Assembly: GCA_963815115.1 (NCBI GenBank)
Contig: CAWFFN010000012.1
Span: 192,001 to 256,000, forward strand
Reading direction: 5' to 3'
Source: an uncultured delta proteobacterium
Lineage (GTDB): Bacteria; Desulfobacterota; Binatia; DP-6
DNA: 64,000 nucleotides
The notes under the pieces were generated by a model. The model did not search any database, was not told the origin of the DNA, and saw only the letters and a list, made by a program, of their open reading frames with translations. Shown here piece after piece: positions 1-10,921 of the stretch; the first letter of the stretch is position 1, and each line of letters begins with the position of its first letter. Made by a program: the position numbers and the translations under genes.

Positions 1-180
1 GTGATCGGGACCTGCCGCCAGTGCGGGGTGCGCTTCGGCTCCCGGCCCGAGTTCAGGAGCGACACGATCGCGTCCTTCCACGCCCACGAATGCGTGTGCC
101 CGGGCGGTAGCCGTAGCCTCGACGTAGTGATTCCACTCGGCCCGGTTAGAGAGATCCGGGTCGTCCGGGGCTCTGCGTGA
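1..180 (+). CDS. 3' part (or whole) of a small Cys/His-rich hypothetical protein, possibly Zn-binding
   Basis: Frame 1 is open from base 1 to TGA at 178-180 (VIGTCRQCGVRF...FHAHECVCPGG...), with CxxC and HxHxCxC, and is followed by a strong hairpin. Confidence 0.4.
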   Translation: MIGTCRQCGVRFGSRPEFRSDTIASFHAHECVCPGGSRSLDVVIPLGPVREIRVVRGSA

Positions 181-192
181 GTCCCCAAGCGC

Positions 193-233
193 TCGGCCCG
201 CCGCTCGGATCCCCCTCCTGAGCGGCGGGCCGA
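193..233. terminator. GC-rich hairpin between convergent genes, probable terminator
   Basis: TCGGCCCGCCGCTC (193-206) pairs perfectly with GAGCGGCGGGCCGA (220-233); there is no clear U-tract. Confidence 0.6.
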
Positions 234-306
234 CGCGCTCCAAGCAGGTTTGGACGGTGGTCCCCGGGCTGGAGCGGCGGGGAGCCGCCCCTCCCCCGGC
301 AGGTAC

Positions 307-2961
307 CTACGATCCGGGCCCGAGGCGTAACGGCCGGGTGCCCGTGACGTCCCAGCCGCCCTGCAGCTCGATGTACGCCTGGTCGACGCCGTCGCGTGGC
401 AGGCAGCCCGCCCGCGTGCGCACCAGCGGAGCCATCTCGGCGACCGGAAGGGTGGTGACCGCCGGCGCCGGCAGTGGCGCGGTGGCCGCTCCGTCCTGCC
501 CGGGATCGGCCAGGCCCGCCGAGACGTTGCCGGCCGTGAACACGGGGCCCGACTGCATGAGGCGGAGCGCCGAGTTGGCCTTGCCGCCGACCGAGCGCGC
601 GTAGGTCCCGAGGGTGAAGAGCGAGTTGACCATGTTGCCGCTCGAGTCCTCCTCGAAGCGCACTGCCCACATGGTCCAGTCGTCGACCACGAGGTTGCGC
701 ACGTCGGCCATGACCTTGCCCGAGACCATGGGCCCGCGTGACCACTGCTTCTGCACCCAGGTGTGATGGATGGAGACGTCGGTGGTGTCCGCGTACTTGA
801 GGAACAGCGAGCGCGTGTTGCCGGCGAGGAAGCAGTACTGCACGGTCACGTCGTGCGCGCCGTAGCCGATCGAGATGCCGTCGTCCCCGGAGCCGGTCGA
901 CGACACGTGGCTGAAGACGATGTTGTAGGCGGTCGGGTCCTGCGCCCGCAGGTTGTCGGAGCCGTCTCGCAGGTGGATGTTGCGGACGATGACGTCGTGG
1001 CCGCGGACGTCGATCAGGTTGGCGAGCGCGCCGCTCGGCACGAACAGCGTTGCGCCGTTGCCCTCCACCGTGACGAAGCTGCCGTCGAGTCGCGGCAGCG
1101 AGCCGGTGATCGCGATCGGGAGCGTGGTCAGGAAGCGGATGATCGCATGCCCGCTCGAGGCCGCGTCGAAGGCCGCGCGGACCGCCGCCTCGGTGGGCTC
1201 GGTGACGCGCAGCTCGCGGCCTCCGGCTCCTCCCGGCGTCGACGAACCGAAGCCCTCGAACGCGTCGCGGTCGTTGTCGCTCGGCCCGCCCGGAGGCGGC
1301 GGCACCCCGCCGTCGCCCACGGTGATCGTCACCTGCGCGCTGGCGCTCGCCGTGCCCGTGCTGACGGTGACCCGCGCGACGTAGACCCCGGCCTTCTCGT
1401 AGACGTGCTCGATGACGGCGCCCGTCTCCGGCACGTCGCCCGGAGGCGGCAGCATCGGCGTCGGCGACGGAATCTCGCAGCCGCCGTCGGTGAGCTTCTT
1501 CAGTGCCTTGGCGAGGTTGTTGGTGGTGCCGTTGTCTGCCGGGAGGTCGGGGAAGCCACCGGCCACGGCCTGGGCGATCGACTCGCGTGACCACTGCAGC
1601 GCGGCCGCATACCGCGCGCAGCCCGTGACGTCGTCCACGTCGTGGAAGAGGTAGATGCCGCCGAGGTCGTGCGCGATCTTCTGCAGGTACCAGCGCGCGA
1701 CCCGATCGATGCGATTCGTGCCCTTGGTGGTGATCGGTCCGGGCTGCTCGATCACGGTCAGGGGCACGAGGGCGAGAGCCACCGTCATGTAGTCCTGGAC
1801 GGCGGCCTCGAAGTGGCCGTCGTCGCGCTCCGCCTTCGCGCTGGTATAGCCGTCACGCCCGGCCTCGAGCGCCGCGCCGGGGTCGCCTCCCGGTGCGGGG
1901 GCGGGGCTCGGCGTGCCGTCGCCGAAGTCCCAGGCGAAGGTCAGCGACTGTCCCTTGGGCCCGCTCGACGCACTCGCGTCGAACGTGACGTCGAGCGGCG
2001 GAGGGCCGCCGAGCGTCGATGCCATGAGCTTCGCGGTGACCTTCCCCGGCGGTGGTGGCGGCGGCGGAGGTGGAGGTGGAGGTGGAGGAGGAGGAGGTGG
2101 TGGTGGCGGCTCCGGATCGAGCTCGCCGTCCGTCAGCGCGGGGCCGGCGGGTCCGGAGCCCGGATCGTCGGGAGCCCAGCTGCGGTGCTCATCCCATCCG
2201 CTTCCGCTGTTGCCATAGGCGCGCGAGCGCGCGTTGCCGTCCGCGAGGATCAGGTCGGCATGTCCGTCGCCGTCGACGTCGCCGATCCCCGGAGCGATGC
2301 GAGCGCTCCACGTGGGGCCATCCCACGCCTCGGCGCGGGTGAAGGGCGTCCCTCCGTCGCCGGTCCCGGTGAAGGCGAGCACCGTGCCTTCGTCCGTACC
2401 GACGACGAGATCGGTCCGGCCGTCGTCGTCGATATCGCCGAGCGCCGGACGCGCCTGGCGCGCGCCCGTCGACACGTTCCATCCCTTGCGGGCACGCCAC
2501 GCCGGCACGCGGCGGCTGCCGACGTTCTCGAAGGCGGTGATGCCGCCGTCGGCGTCCCCCACCAGGAGGTCGGCGTCGCCGTCACCGTCGACGTCGCCCA
2601 GCGCGGGCGCGCCGCCGTCCTTGACCGGCGGATCCCAGTCGGTACGACGCTCCCAGCGCGGCACCTCGGTGGTTCCCGCATTGCGAAACGCGAGCACGTC
2701 GTGCCCGTTCTCGCCCACCAGCGCATCGGCGACGCCGTCGCCGTCGAGATCGGCGATCGCCGGCAACGCGTACCCGGCGACGTCGGGCAGATCGGCGGAC
2801 GGCACCCGCATCCAGGGCAAGCGTCCGGCGCGCGTCGTGAGCGCGGCGCTCCCACCTCCGGGCAGCCCGAGCCACAGGATCGCTGCGTGCGCGCTCGTCG
2901 CCGCGGCGACGAGAAGCACGAGCCCGGCTCCGGCTGCCACGGTCCTCCCGTGGCGTGTCAT
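307..2961 (-). CDS. Secreted multidomain protein: FG-GAP/VCBS repeats, poly-Pro linker, split PKD domain, pectate-lyase-like (PL1) beta-helix
   Basis: Signal peptide MTRHGRTVAAGAGLVLLVAAATSAHA; repeated DxDGDGxxDLxxG motifs; P21; WDFGDG...HVYEKAGVY; AFEGFGSSTPGGAGG, DDGISI and SRGP motifs typical of PL1. Confidence 0.8.
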   Translation of the reverse strand: MTRHGRTVAAGAGLVLLVAAATSAHAAILWLGLPGGGSAALTTRAGRLPWMRVPSADLPDVAGYALPAIADLDGDGVADALVGENGHDVLAFRNAGTTEVPRWERRTDWDPPVKDGGAPALGDVDGDGDADLLVGDADGGITAFENVGSRRVPAWRARKGWNVSTGARQARPALGDIDDDGRTDLVVGTDEGTVLAFTGTGDGGTPFTRAEAWDGPTWSARIAPGIGDVDGDGHADLILADGNARSRAYGNSGSGWDEHRSWAPDDPGSGPAGPALTDGELDPEPPPPPPPPPPPPPPPPPPPPPGKVTAKLMASTLGGPPPLDVTFDASASSGPKGQSLTFAWDFGDGTPSPAPAPGGDPGAALEAGRDGYTSAKAERDDGHFEAAVQDYMTVALALVPLTVIEQPGPITTKGTNRIDRVARWYLQKIAHDLGGIYLFHDVDDVTGCARYAAALQWSRESIAQAVAGGFPDLPADNGTTNNLAKALKKLTDGGCEIPSPTPMLPPPGDVPETGAVIEHVYEKAGVYVARVTVSTGTASASAQVTITVGDGGVPPPPGGPSDNDRDAFEGFGSSTPGGAGGRELRVTEPTEAAVRAAFDAASSGHAIIRFLTTLPIAITGSLPRLDGSFVTVEGNGATLFVPSGALANLIDVRGHDVIVRNIHLRDGSDNLRAQDPTAYNIVFSHVSSTGSGDDGISIGYGAHDVTVQYCFLAGNTRSLFLKYADTTDVSIHHTWVQKQWSRGPMVSGKVMADVRNLVVDDWTMWAVRFEEDSSGNMVNSLFTLGTYARSVGGKANSALRLMQSGPVFTAGNVSAGLADPGQDGAATAPLPAPAVTTLPVAEMAPLVRTRAGCLPRDGVDQAYIELQGGWDVTGTRPLRLGPGS
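2047..2109 (-). repeat. Coding low-complexity tract of 21 consecutive Pro codons
   Basis: GGN-rich run on the + strand, read as mixed CCN codons on the - strand. Confidence 0.9.
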
Positions 2962-3099
2962 CGGTGCGGCGCACGATGCACGCTTGGTAGCAAAGCTGCA
3001 ATCGGACGAAGGTCGCAGGGAGCGCGCGACTGTCGACACGCGAGCGACGTCCGTACTATTGAAGTTCTGGTTACAGGACACTCGGGAGGGCGACACGTG

Positions 3100-4566
3100 A
3101 TGGCGGCCAGCAGCAGGATGCTAATCGACGGCGAGTGGGTGAACGCATCGAACGGCGCGACCTACACAGTGCTGAATCCGGCGACCGAGGAGTCAGTCGG
3201 TCGCGCGCCCGACGCGACCGTGGACGACATGCGCCGCGCGATCGCGGCGGCCCGCCGGGCCTTCGACGACGGCCCGTGGCCGCGCTCGTCACGCGACGAG
3301 CGCGCCCGCGCGCTGCTGCGCATCGCCGACGCGATGGAGCGCCGCAAGGAGGAGATGCGCCAGCTGCTGATCGCCGAGGCCGGTGCCACCTGGGTGACGC
3401 ACACGATGCAGGTGGAGACGCCCGTCGAGCACCTGCGTCACTGGGCGGAGATGGCGCGCTCCTTCGACTTCGAGGTGCCGCTGCCCGCGCGTGCCAGCCA
3501 GGGACCGATGGGGCCACAGATGAACTGCGGCGTGGTCTACCGCCAGCCGGTCGGCGTGTGCGCCATGATCCCGACGTGGAACTTTCCCGTCTACGTCAGC
3601 GTGCAGAAGCTCGGTCCGGCGCTGGCGACGGGCTGCACCATGGTCTTCAAGCCCTCGCCCTGGGGTCCCCTCATCAACCTCTTCCTGGCCGAGCTGGTCG
3701 CCGAGGCCGATGTCCCGCCCGGGGTGGTCAACTTCGTCACCGGCCAGGGCAACGACATCGCCGAGGCCCTGGTGAGCGATCCGCGCGTGGACAAGGTGAG
3801 CTTCACCGGCAGCGTCGCCACCGGCCGCAGGATCATCCAGGCATCGGCGGGGAACCTGAAGCGCGTCTTCCTCGAGCTGGGCGGCAAGTCGGTCGGCATC
3901 TATCTCGACAGCGACGGCATCGAGATGAACGCCATGATCGCGTCGGGACCGGCGATGTTCCACGCCGGACAGGGCTGCGCCATGGCGACGCGCGTGCTCG
4001 TGCAGCAGGACGTGCACGATCGCTTCGTCGAGAACATGGTCGGCTTCGTGAACGGCATGGTGAAGATCGGCGATCCGGCCGATCCCGCGACCATGCTCGG
4101 CCCCGTCATCCGCGAGGAGCGGCGGCAGAAGATCGAGGAGTACATCGCGGCCGGGAAGGCGGAGGGTGCGACGCTCGCCGCGGGTGGCGGTCGTCCCAAG
4201 GACATGCCGCGCGGCTACTTCCTCGAGCCCACGATCTTCTGCGACGTGCGCAACGACGCCCGCATCGCGCGGGAAGAGATCTTCGGTCCCGTCGTGTCGG
4301 TGATCCCCTTCAAGGACGAGGACGAGGCGGTGCGCATCGCGAACGACTCGAGCTACGGGCTGGGCGGCGCGATCTACGCCCGCGACACCGCGCGAGCCGT
4401 CGAGCTGGCGAAGCGCATTCGCACCGGCGTGGTGTGGATCAACAACGGCATCAACATGTTCGACGGACCGTTCGGCGGGTTCAAGGAGAGCGGGATCGGC
4501 CGCGAGGGCGGTCGCTGGGGGATGGAGGAGCACACCGAGGTGCAGCAGATCACGTGGAGGGCGTGA
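3100..4566 (+). CDS. NAD(P)-dependent aldehyde dehydrogenase
   Basis: GGGAGG RBS; MLIDGEWV, PTWNFP, FTGS, ELGGKS, catalytic Cys in AGQGC, EEIFGP, PFGGFKESGIGRE. Confidence 0.95.
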   Translation: MAASSRMLIDGEWVNASNGATYTVLNPATEESVGRAPDATVDDMRRAIAAARRAFDDGPWPRSSRDERARALLRIADAMERRKEEMRQLLIAEAGATWVTHTMQVETPVEHLRHWAEMARSFDFEVPLPARASQGPMGPQMNCGVVYRQPVGVCAMIPTWNFPVYVSVQKLGPALATGCTMVFKPSPWGPLINLFLAELVAEADVPPGVVNFVTGQGNDIAEALVSDPRVDKVSFTGSVATGRRIIQASAGNLKRVFLELGGKSVGIYLDSDGIEMNAMIASGPAMFHAGQGCAMATRVLVQQDVHDRFVENMVGFVNGMVKIGDPADPATMLGPVIREERRQKIEEYIAAGKAEGATLAAGGGRPKDMPRGYFLEPTIFCDVRNDARIAREEIFGPVVSVIPFKDEDEAVRIANDSSYGLGGAIYARDTARAVELAKRIRTGVVWINNGINMFDGPFGGFKESGIGREGGRWGMEEHTEVQQITWRA

Positions 4567-4572
4567 GGGAGA

Positions 4573-5388
4573 TCAGTCCCGCGCCCGCACCGTGAAGTGC
4601 TCGCCGTTCCATCCCAGCTCGACACGGTCGGGCAGGATCCGGACCACCTCGACGCCGTCGCTCGACGACTCGCCTTCGTGCAACGTCTCGAGGCCGCGGT
4701 TCTCGATCGCGAGGGCGACGGTGCGACGTCCCGGAGCGGGCGAGTAGAGCAGGAAGCTCAGGCGCACCGCCGGCGCCCCGGCCGGCGGACGCCGGACCGC
4801 CGGCGGCTCGAGGTGCGTGTACGTCGTGGCCGGCGCCTCGCGCGGCACGGCAACGTTCGCTGCTGGTGGCGGGGGAGGCAGCGGGGGCGCCACGGCCTGC
4901 GCCCACGGCCGCGGATCGGTTGGCGACGGGGCGGGCACGGGACGCGCCGCCGCGAGCGCGTCAGGCCGGGACGCGTCCTCGGCGGGAGGGGTCTCGGCGT
5001 GGGACGGAGCGGTCGCCGGAGCCTCGGCCTGCGGTGGCGAAGCACTCGCGTGCTCCGCCGGCGGGCTCTGCGGGGGCGCCGGCTCCGGCGGGACGGCCGG
5101 CTGCGCAGCGGTCGCGGCGGGCTCGGGGGGCGCCGGTGGCGGAGCGACGGCCTCGACCACCGGCTGCTTCGCGGCGGGCTCGGCGGGCGCCTGGACGACG
5201 GCGGGCCCGCTGCCGGGGCGCGCACGCAGGAGCATCAGCGCGAGAGCCGCACCGGCGGCGAAGGCGCAGCCGACGAGCACCACCCCGCGCCTGCGGCGCG
5301 GCACGGGCACGGCGGCGGTGGCCACCGGCTCGACGACCGGCGGCCGGCTGCGCTCGAGCTTCTCGAGCGCGTCGAGAATCGAGCTCAC
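4573..5388 (-). CDS. exeB: GspB/ExeB-like protein (T2SS accessory; TM helix, Pro/Ala linker, C-terminal GspB-like domain)
   Basis: Starts VSSILDALEKLE, a typical GspB N-terminus; GTG overlaps the exeA stop; C-terminal LHEGE...VEVVRILPDRVEL. Confidence 0.75.
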   Translation of the reverse strand: MSSILDALEKLERSRPPVVEPVATAAVPVPRRRRGVVLVGCAFAAGAALALMLLRARPGSGPAVVQAPAEPAAKQPVVEAVAPPPAPPEPAATAAQPAVPPEPAPPQSPPAEHASASPPQAEAPATAPSHAETPPAEDASRPDALAAARPVPAPSPTDPRPWAQAVAPPLPPPPPAANVAVPREAPATTYTHLEPPAVRRPPAGAPAVRLSFLLYSPAPGRRTVALAIENRGLETLHEGESSSDGVEVVRILPDRVELGWNGEHFTVRARD

Positions 5389-7319
5389 GAGGAGTCTCCG
5401 ATGACCTCGGAGAGCGTGGGACGCGGATAGCCGCCGGCGGCCGCGTACAGCGCGACTCGCGTCAGCCGCCCGACGATGCCGTCGGCGCTGACGTAGCGCG
5501 AGCGCTGGAAGTCGAGCACGGCGGACGCCGTGGCGGCGTCGTATTGTCCGCTCTCCTCTCCGCCGTACGCCCCGATTCGCTTGAGGAGGACCTGCAGGCG
5601 GGTCACGCGGGCACCCCGCGCGTGTGCGCTGAGCGTGCCGGGGCCGAGCGCCTCGAAGTCGCGCGAGAAGACGTGCGCCTGGCCGTACCACGCCCGCTCG
5701 AGCAGCTCCTGGCTCACCGCCACCGCCGGGCCGTCGCCGGCTGCCACCAGGGGCGCGCCGTCGCGCAGCCCGACCAGGGCAGCGTAGCGGGGTCCGCTGG
5801 TGCCGGGGAGCTGCAGCTCCAGCACCGCCGGCACGTCGAGCAGACGGAGCATGGCCGTGTTGCCTCTCAGCGCGAGGTGCTCGAGCCCGCGACGTTCGGC
5901 GATGTGCGCGAAATCGTCGGGCATGGTCGCCTCGTCGGCGGAGAGCGAAGGCACCTGCCACGCGTGCAGCACGATGTCCAGCGCGGCACGCGCGCTGGCG
6001 GCCGAGTCGAGCGAGGCCAGCCGATGCTCGATCTCCTTCGTCGTGTCGGCCGAGGGGGGCGGTGGCGCGGCTTCGTGTGCAGCGACCGGCGCGATGTCCG
6101 GTGGGGGTGGCGCGGGCGGTCGCTCCTCGGCCGGGGATTGTTCGGTGGGGGGCGACGACCGGGAATCGTCGGCCGGCGGATCCGCCGCGGGCGCAGAGGC
6201 GGCCGCCACCTCGGTTGCGGGCGGATCGCCGTCGGACGGCGGCGTGGGCGCCGCGGCGACCGCGGGAGCTTCGGGGGGCGCCGCGGCGACCGCCGCCGGC
6301 ACCTCGGGTGCGGCGCTCGTTGCCGCTGGCGGCTCGGGCACCGTTCCCGCACCGGGTGGCGGCGCATCGGGCGTCGCCGCCTGCGGCACGATCGGCCGGA
6401 ACAGCGGCGCGACGCCGAACGTCCCCACCGCCGCGAGCCCCACCACGCCGACCGCGAGCGCGGCATTCGTCCACACCGCACGGGGCGCAGGCGCCGGGCG
6501 GCCCGGCAGCGGAAGAGTCGTCACCTCGCGGTAGGCGCGCCTGACCGACCGCAGGGTCACGGTCCGCCGCTCGGCCGCGAACGCGGCCAGCATGGCCCGG
6601 TGGCAGAGCATGTTGATGAGGCGCGGAACGCCGCGCGACCGGGCGTGGATGGCGCGCAGGGCCGGACGGGAGAAGACGTCGCACACCTGGCCCTCGCTGG
6701 CGATCTCCAGCCGGTGGCGGACGTAGGCCATCGTTTCCTGGCGATCGAGCGGACCGATGTGCCAGCGCAAGGTGATGCGCTGGTTCAGCTGCGCCAGCTC
6801 GGGGTGCGCCAGCAACGCGCGCAGCTGCGGCTGTCCCACCAGGATGATGCGCAGGAGCTTCTCCGTGGTGGTCTCGAGGTTCGAGAGGAGCCGCAGGTGC
6901 TCCAGCACCTCCATCGACAGCGCCTGGGCCTCGTCGACCACGACCACTGCCCGGCCGCCCGCTTCCCGCTGGTTCAGCAGATGACGGTTCAGGTGATCGA
7001 TGAGGTCCTTCTTGCTCGTCCGCCGCGCCGGCAGCCCGAACTCGGTGTTGATCGTCTGGAGCAGCTCGAGCGGGGAGATCGTCGGGTTCACGACGTATGC
7101 CACGCTCGACTCGGGCGCGAGCTCGCCGAGGAAGTGCCGGAGCACGGTCGTCTTCCCGGTGCCCACGTCGCCCGTGATGCAGACGAAGCCGCTCGACTCC
7201 GACAACCCCAGCCGGAGGTGCGCCAGCGCGTCGGCGTGCTTGCGCGAGAGGAAAAGATACCGGGGGTCCGGCGTCAGCCGGAAGGGTGCATCCACCAGCC
7301 CGAAGAACCGCTCGTACAT
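5385..7319 (-). CDS. exeA: ExeA/GspA family AAA ATPase with C-terminal peptidoglycan-binding domain
   Basis: MYERFFGLVDAPFRLTPDPRY, Walker A GDVGTGKTT, VVVDEAQ, GQPQL, GVPRLIN; C-terminal FQRSRYVSADGIVG. Confidence 0.92.
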   Translation of the reverse strand: MYERFFGLVDAPFRLTPDPRYLFLSRKHADALAHLRLGLSESSGFVCITGDVGTGKTTVLRHFLGELAPESSVAYVVNPTISPLELLQTINTEFGLPARRTSKKDLIDHLNRHLLNQREAGGRAVVVVDEAQALSMEVLEHLRLLSNLETTTEKLLRIILVGQPQLRALLAHPELAQLNQRITLRWHIGPLDRQETMAYVRHRLEIASEGQVCDVFSRPALRAIHARSRGVPRLINMLCHRAMLAAFAAERRTVTLRSVRRAYREVTTLPLPGRPAPAPRAVWTNAALAVGVVGLAAVGTFGVAPLFRPIVPQAATPDAPPPGAGTVPEPPAATSAAPEVPAAVAAAPPEAPAVAAAPTPPSDGDPPATEVAAASAPAADPPADDSRSSPPTEQSPAEERPPAPPPPDIAPVAAHEAAPPPPSADTTKEIEHRLASLDSAASARAALDIVLHAWQVPSLSADEATMPDDFAHIAERRGLEHLALRGNTAMLRLLDVPAVLELQLPGTSGPRYAALVGLRDGAPLVAAGDGPAVAVSQELLERAWYGQAHVFSRDFEALGPGTLSAHARGARVTRLQVLLKRIGAYGGEESGQYDAATASAVLDFQRSRYVSADGIVGRLTRVALYAAAGGYPRPTLSEVIGDSS

Positions 7320-7373
7320 CCCCGCCGACTGGTTCCTAGCACCGACGGGTCCGGGCCGCCACCGCGGCACGCG

Positions 7374-8615
7374 TCACGCGGCACGCCGCGCGACCTCCGC
7401 GAATGCCTGGTCGGTCACCTCCAGCACCCGGCCGACGTCCTCGTCGGTCAGCGCAGCGGACAGGAACCAGTTGTGATGGGGATGCAGGTAGACGCCGCGC
7501 GCGCAGCAGGCGGCGGCGAAGGCGCGGCTGCGCTCGAAGGAGCCCTGGTCGGCGACGAAGGTCAGGAACGGCAGGGCGGGTGGTCCCGTGTAGCGCACGG
7601 CCGTGCCGTGCGCCGCGGCCTGGCGCTCCATTCCGTCGCGCAGCCGCGTGCCGAGGCGTGCCATGCGGGGAATCGCGTCGCTGGCCTCCAGCTCCGCCAG
7701 GCAGGCGAGCGCGGCCGCCATCTCGACCGGGCCCGTCCAGTACGAGCCGGTGAAGAAGACCTTCTCGGCCGGGCGGCGCAGCGCATCGCGGCCGAGCGCG
7801 GCGGCGATCGGATAGCCGTTGCCGAGCGCCTTGCAGTAGCAGGTCAGGTCGGGCTGGACGCCCATGGCCTCGCCCGATCCCCGCAGATCGAGCCGGAAGC
7901 CGGCGCGCACGTCGTCCAGGATGAGCACCGCTCCGAGGCGGTCGCAGCGCCCGCGCAGGCCGGCGAGGAAGCCGGGGACGGGCAGCTCCTGGTCGTGGAA
8001 CGCGTCGTGCCGGAAGGGCGACACCATGATGGCCGCCACGTCGCCGTCGTGGGCGTCGAGCGCGGCGTCGACGCTGCCGAGGTCGTTGTAGCGAAAGTGC
8101 GCGACGTGCGCGCGGTCCTCGTCCATCACGCCGGCGGGCATCGGAGAGCACCAGGGGTGGGTGCCGTGGTACGCGCCCTCGGCGGTGAGGACCTTGCGCC
8201 GCCCGGTGGCCGCACGCGCAACCTGGGTCGCCCACGTGCAGATGTCGGACCCGTTCTTGGCGAACACCGCCCACGCCGCCCACGGGGTGAGCGACACCAG
8301 ACGCTCTGCCAGCTCGACCCACGCCGCCCCGGGGCCGTTGAAGCATCGGCCCGCCTCCTCCTGACGGCGTGCCGCCTCGTCGACCCGCGGGTGGTTGTGG
8401 CCGAGAACGATGGGGCCGTACGAGCACATCAGGTCGAGATACTCGTTGCCGTCGACGTCCCAGATGCGCGCGCCCGCGCCGCGCGCGAAGAAGTAGGGAT
8501 AGGCCTCGGGGACCAGCATGCGCGGCGACTGGTGCCCGTAGATGCCGCCGGGCACGACGCGCAGCGCGCGCTCGAACAGGGCCCGGCTGTGGCGATGACG
8601 GCCGGGCTCGGTCAT
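7374..8615 (-). CDS. Class III PLP aminotransferase (glutamate-1-semialdehyde aminomutase-like)
   Basis: WDVDGNEYLD, GAYHG, LDDVRAGFR, PLP Lys in CYCKALGNGYP. Confidence 0.88.
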   Translation of the reverse strand: MTEPGRHRHSRALFERALRVVPGGIYGHQSPRMLVPEAYPYFFARGAGARIWDVDGNEYLDLMCSYGPIVLGHNHPRVDEAARRQEEAGRCFNGPGAAWVELAERLVSLTPWAAWAVFAKNGSDICTWATQVARAATGRRKVLTAEGAYHGTHPWCSPMPAGVMDEDRAHVAHFRYNDLGSVDAALDAHDGDVAAIMVSPFRHDAFHDQELPVPGFLAGLRGRCDRLGAVLILDDVRAGFRLDLRGSGEAMGVQPDLTCYCKALGNGYPIAAALGRDALRRPAEKVFFTGSYWTGPVEMAAALACLAELEASDAIPRMARLGTRLRDGMERQAAAHGTAVRYTGPPALPFLTFVADQGSFERSRAFAAACCARGVYLHPHHNWFLSAALTDEDVGRVLEVTDQAFAEVARRAA

Positions 8616-9454
8616 GCCGGCGCCACGAGGTGGCGATCGAGAAAGGCGTCCATGGCCGCGTTCGCCCGCCGGTTCGCGTCGCCGCGCCAGTCGACCTGGA
8701 AGGCGTGCGGCGCGCCCTCGAGCAACAGGAGCTCGCTCGACTTGCCGGCGGCCTCCAGGGCGGCGTGCATGCGCTCCGACTCGTGCCAGGAGACGAGCGC
8801 GTCGGCGGTGCCGTGGATGAGCAGCACGGGCGCCGTCGCGTGCGCGGCGTGGGCAACGGGCGAGGCCACGCGCGTCCAGTCCGGATCCTCGACTCGCAGG
8901 CCGAGGAACGCGTCCACCATGCCGGAGCGCCGGCGGCCGAGATCGTAGGGACCGTAGTGCGCGACGACCGCCCGCACCGTCTCGGGCACGTCACGCAGCT
9001 CCGGCGGGAGGTCCGGTGTGAGCTGGAGGATCTCCCTCGCCAGGTGCGCGAGCATGACGAGGTGCGCGCCGGCCGACAGGCCGATGAGCGCCAGCCGGTC
9101 GGGGTCGACGCCGAGCTGCCCGGCATGCGCTCGGACCCAGCGCAGCCCCCGCCGCACGTCGTCGAGCGGCGCGGGAAAGCGATGTGCCGGTGCGAGCCTG
9201 TAGGAGATGGCGATGGTCGCGATGCCGTGCCGCGCCAGGTGGAGCGCATTGCCGGCGGCCTGGCTGGGATCGCCCCGCATCCATCCCCCTCCGTGGACGA
9301 ACACCACGGCCGGGACGGGGCCGGTCACCTCGAGAGGGCGATAGTGGTCGTAGCGCAGGGGGACGCCGTCCACCTCGGCGTAGACGACGTCGGTGGTCAG
9401 CTCGTGCACCGGCGAGCGCAGCGGGATTCCCGGAACCTGGCGCGGAAAGGTCAT
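8612..9454 (-). CDS. Alpha/beta hydrolase, HSL-type esterase/lipase
   Basis: HGGGW oxyanion motif, GLSAG nucleophile, HGTAD, GAPHAF. Confidence 0.9.
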   Translation of the reverse strand: MTFPRQVPGIPLRSPVHELTTDVVYAEVDGVPLRYDHYRPLEVTGPVPAVVFVHGGGWMRGDPSQAAGNALHLARHGIATIAISYRLAPAHRFPAPLDDVRRGLRWVRAHAGQLGVDPDRLALIGLSAGAHLVMLAHLAREILQLTPDLPPELRDVPETVRAVVAHYGPYDLGRRRSGMVDAFLGLRVEDPDWTRVASPVAHAAHATAPVLLIHGTADALVSWHESERMHAALEAAGKSSELLLLEGAPHAFQVDWRGDANRRANAAMDAFLDRHLVAPA

Positions 9455-9468
9455 GCGGGAGGGCCTAG

Positions 9469-10909
<1,441 letters not shown>

Positions 10910-10921
10910 GGCGCGAGCTTC

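Noticed and set aside
2041-2112. GGN/GGA run as a possible contingency repeat or G-quadruplex
   Set aside because: It is explained by a poly-Pro linker using mixed synonymous codons.
2230-2790. Recurring GTCGCCGTCGACGTC-like motifs as a possible CRISPR or DNA repeat array
   Set aside because: They encode the DxDGDG FG-GAP motifs, are degenerate, and there are no cas genes.
1642-3099. Apparent N-terminal extension of about 490 aa on the aldehyde dehydrogenase
   Set aside because: It is antisense to the FG-GAP protein; an RBS and ATG at 3100 give a normal-length ALDH.
4573-7319. exeA/exeB as a transposon ATPase or a novel secretion system
   Set aside because: The TM segment, peptidoglycan-binding domain and GspB partner match the known ExeAB pair, and no transposase is adjacent.
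7374-8615. Calling the aminotransferase hemL because hem genes are nearby
   Set aside because: Motifs diverge from canonical HemL (DDVRAGFR, KNGSD instead of NSGTE) and it sits with an esterase and exeA, so it is left as class III.
4866-8948. Very long alternative ORFs (for example 1360 aa on + at 4866-8948, 835 aa at 48954-51461, 785 aa at 13016-15373)
   Set aside because: These are Arg/Ala/Gly/Pro-rich shadow frames over or opposite genes with clear family motifs, as expected at this GC content.
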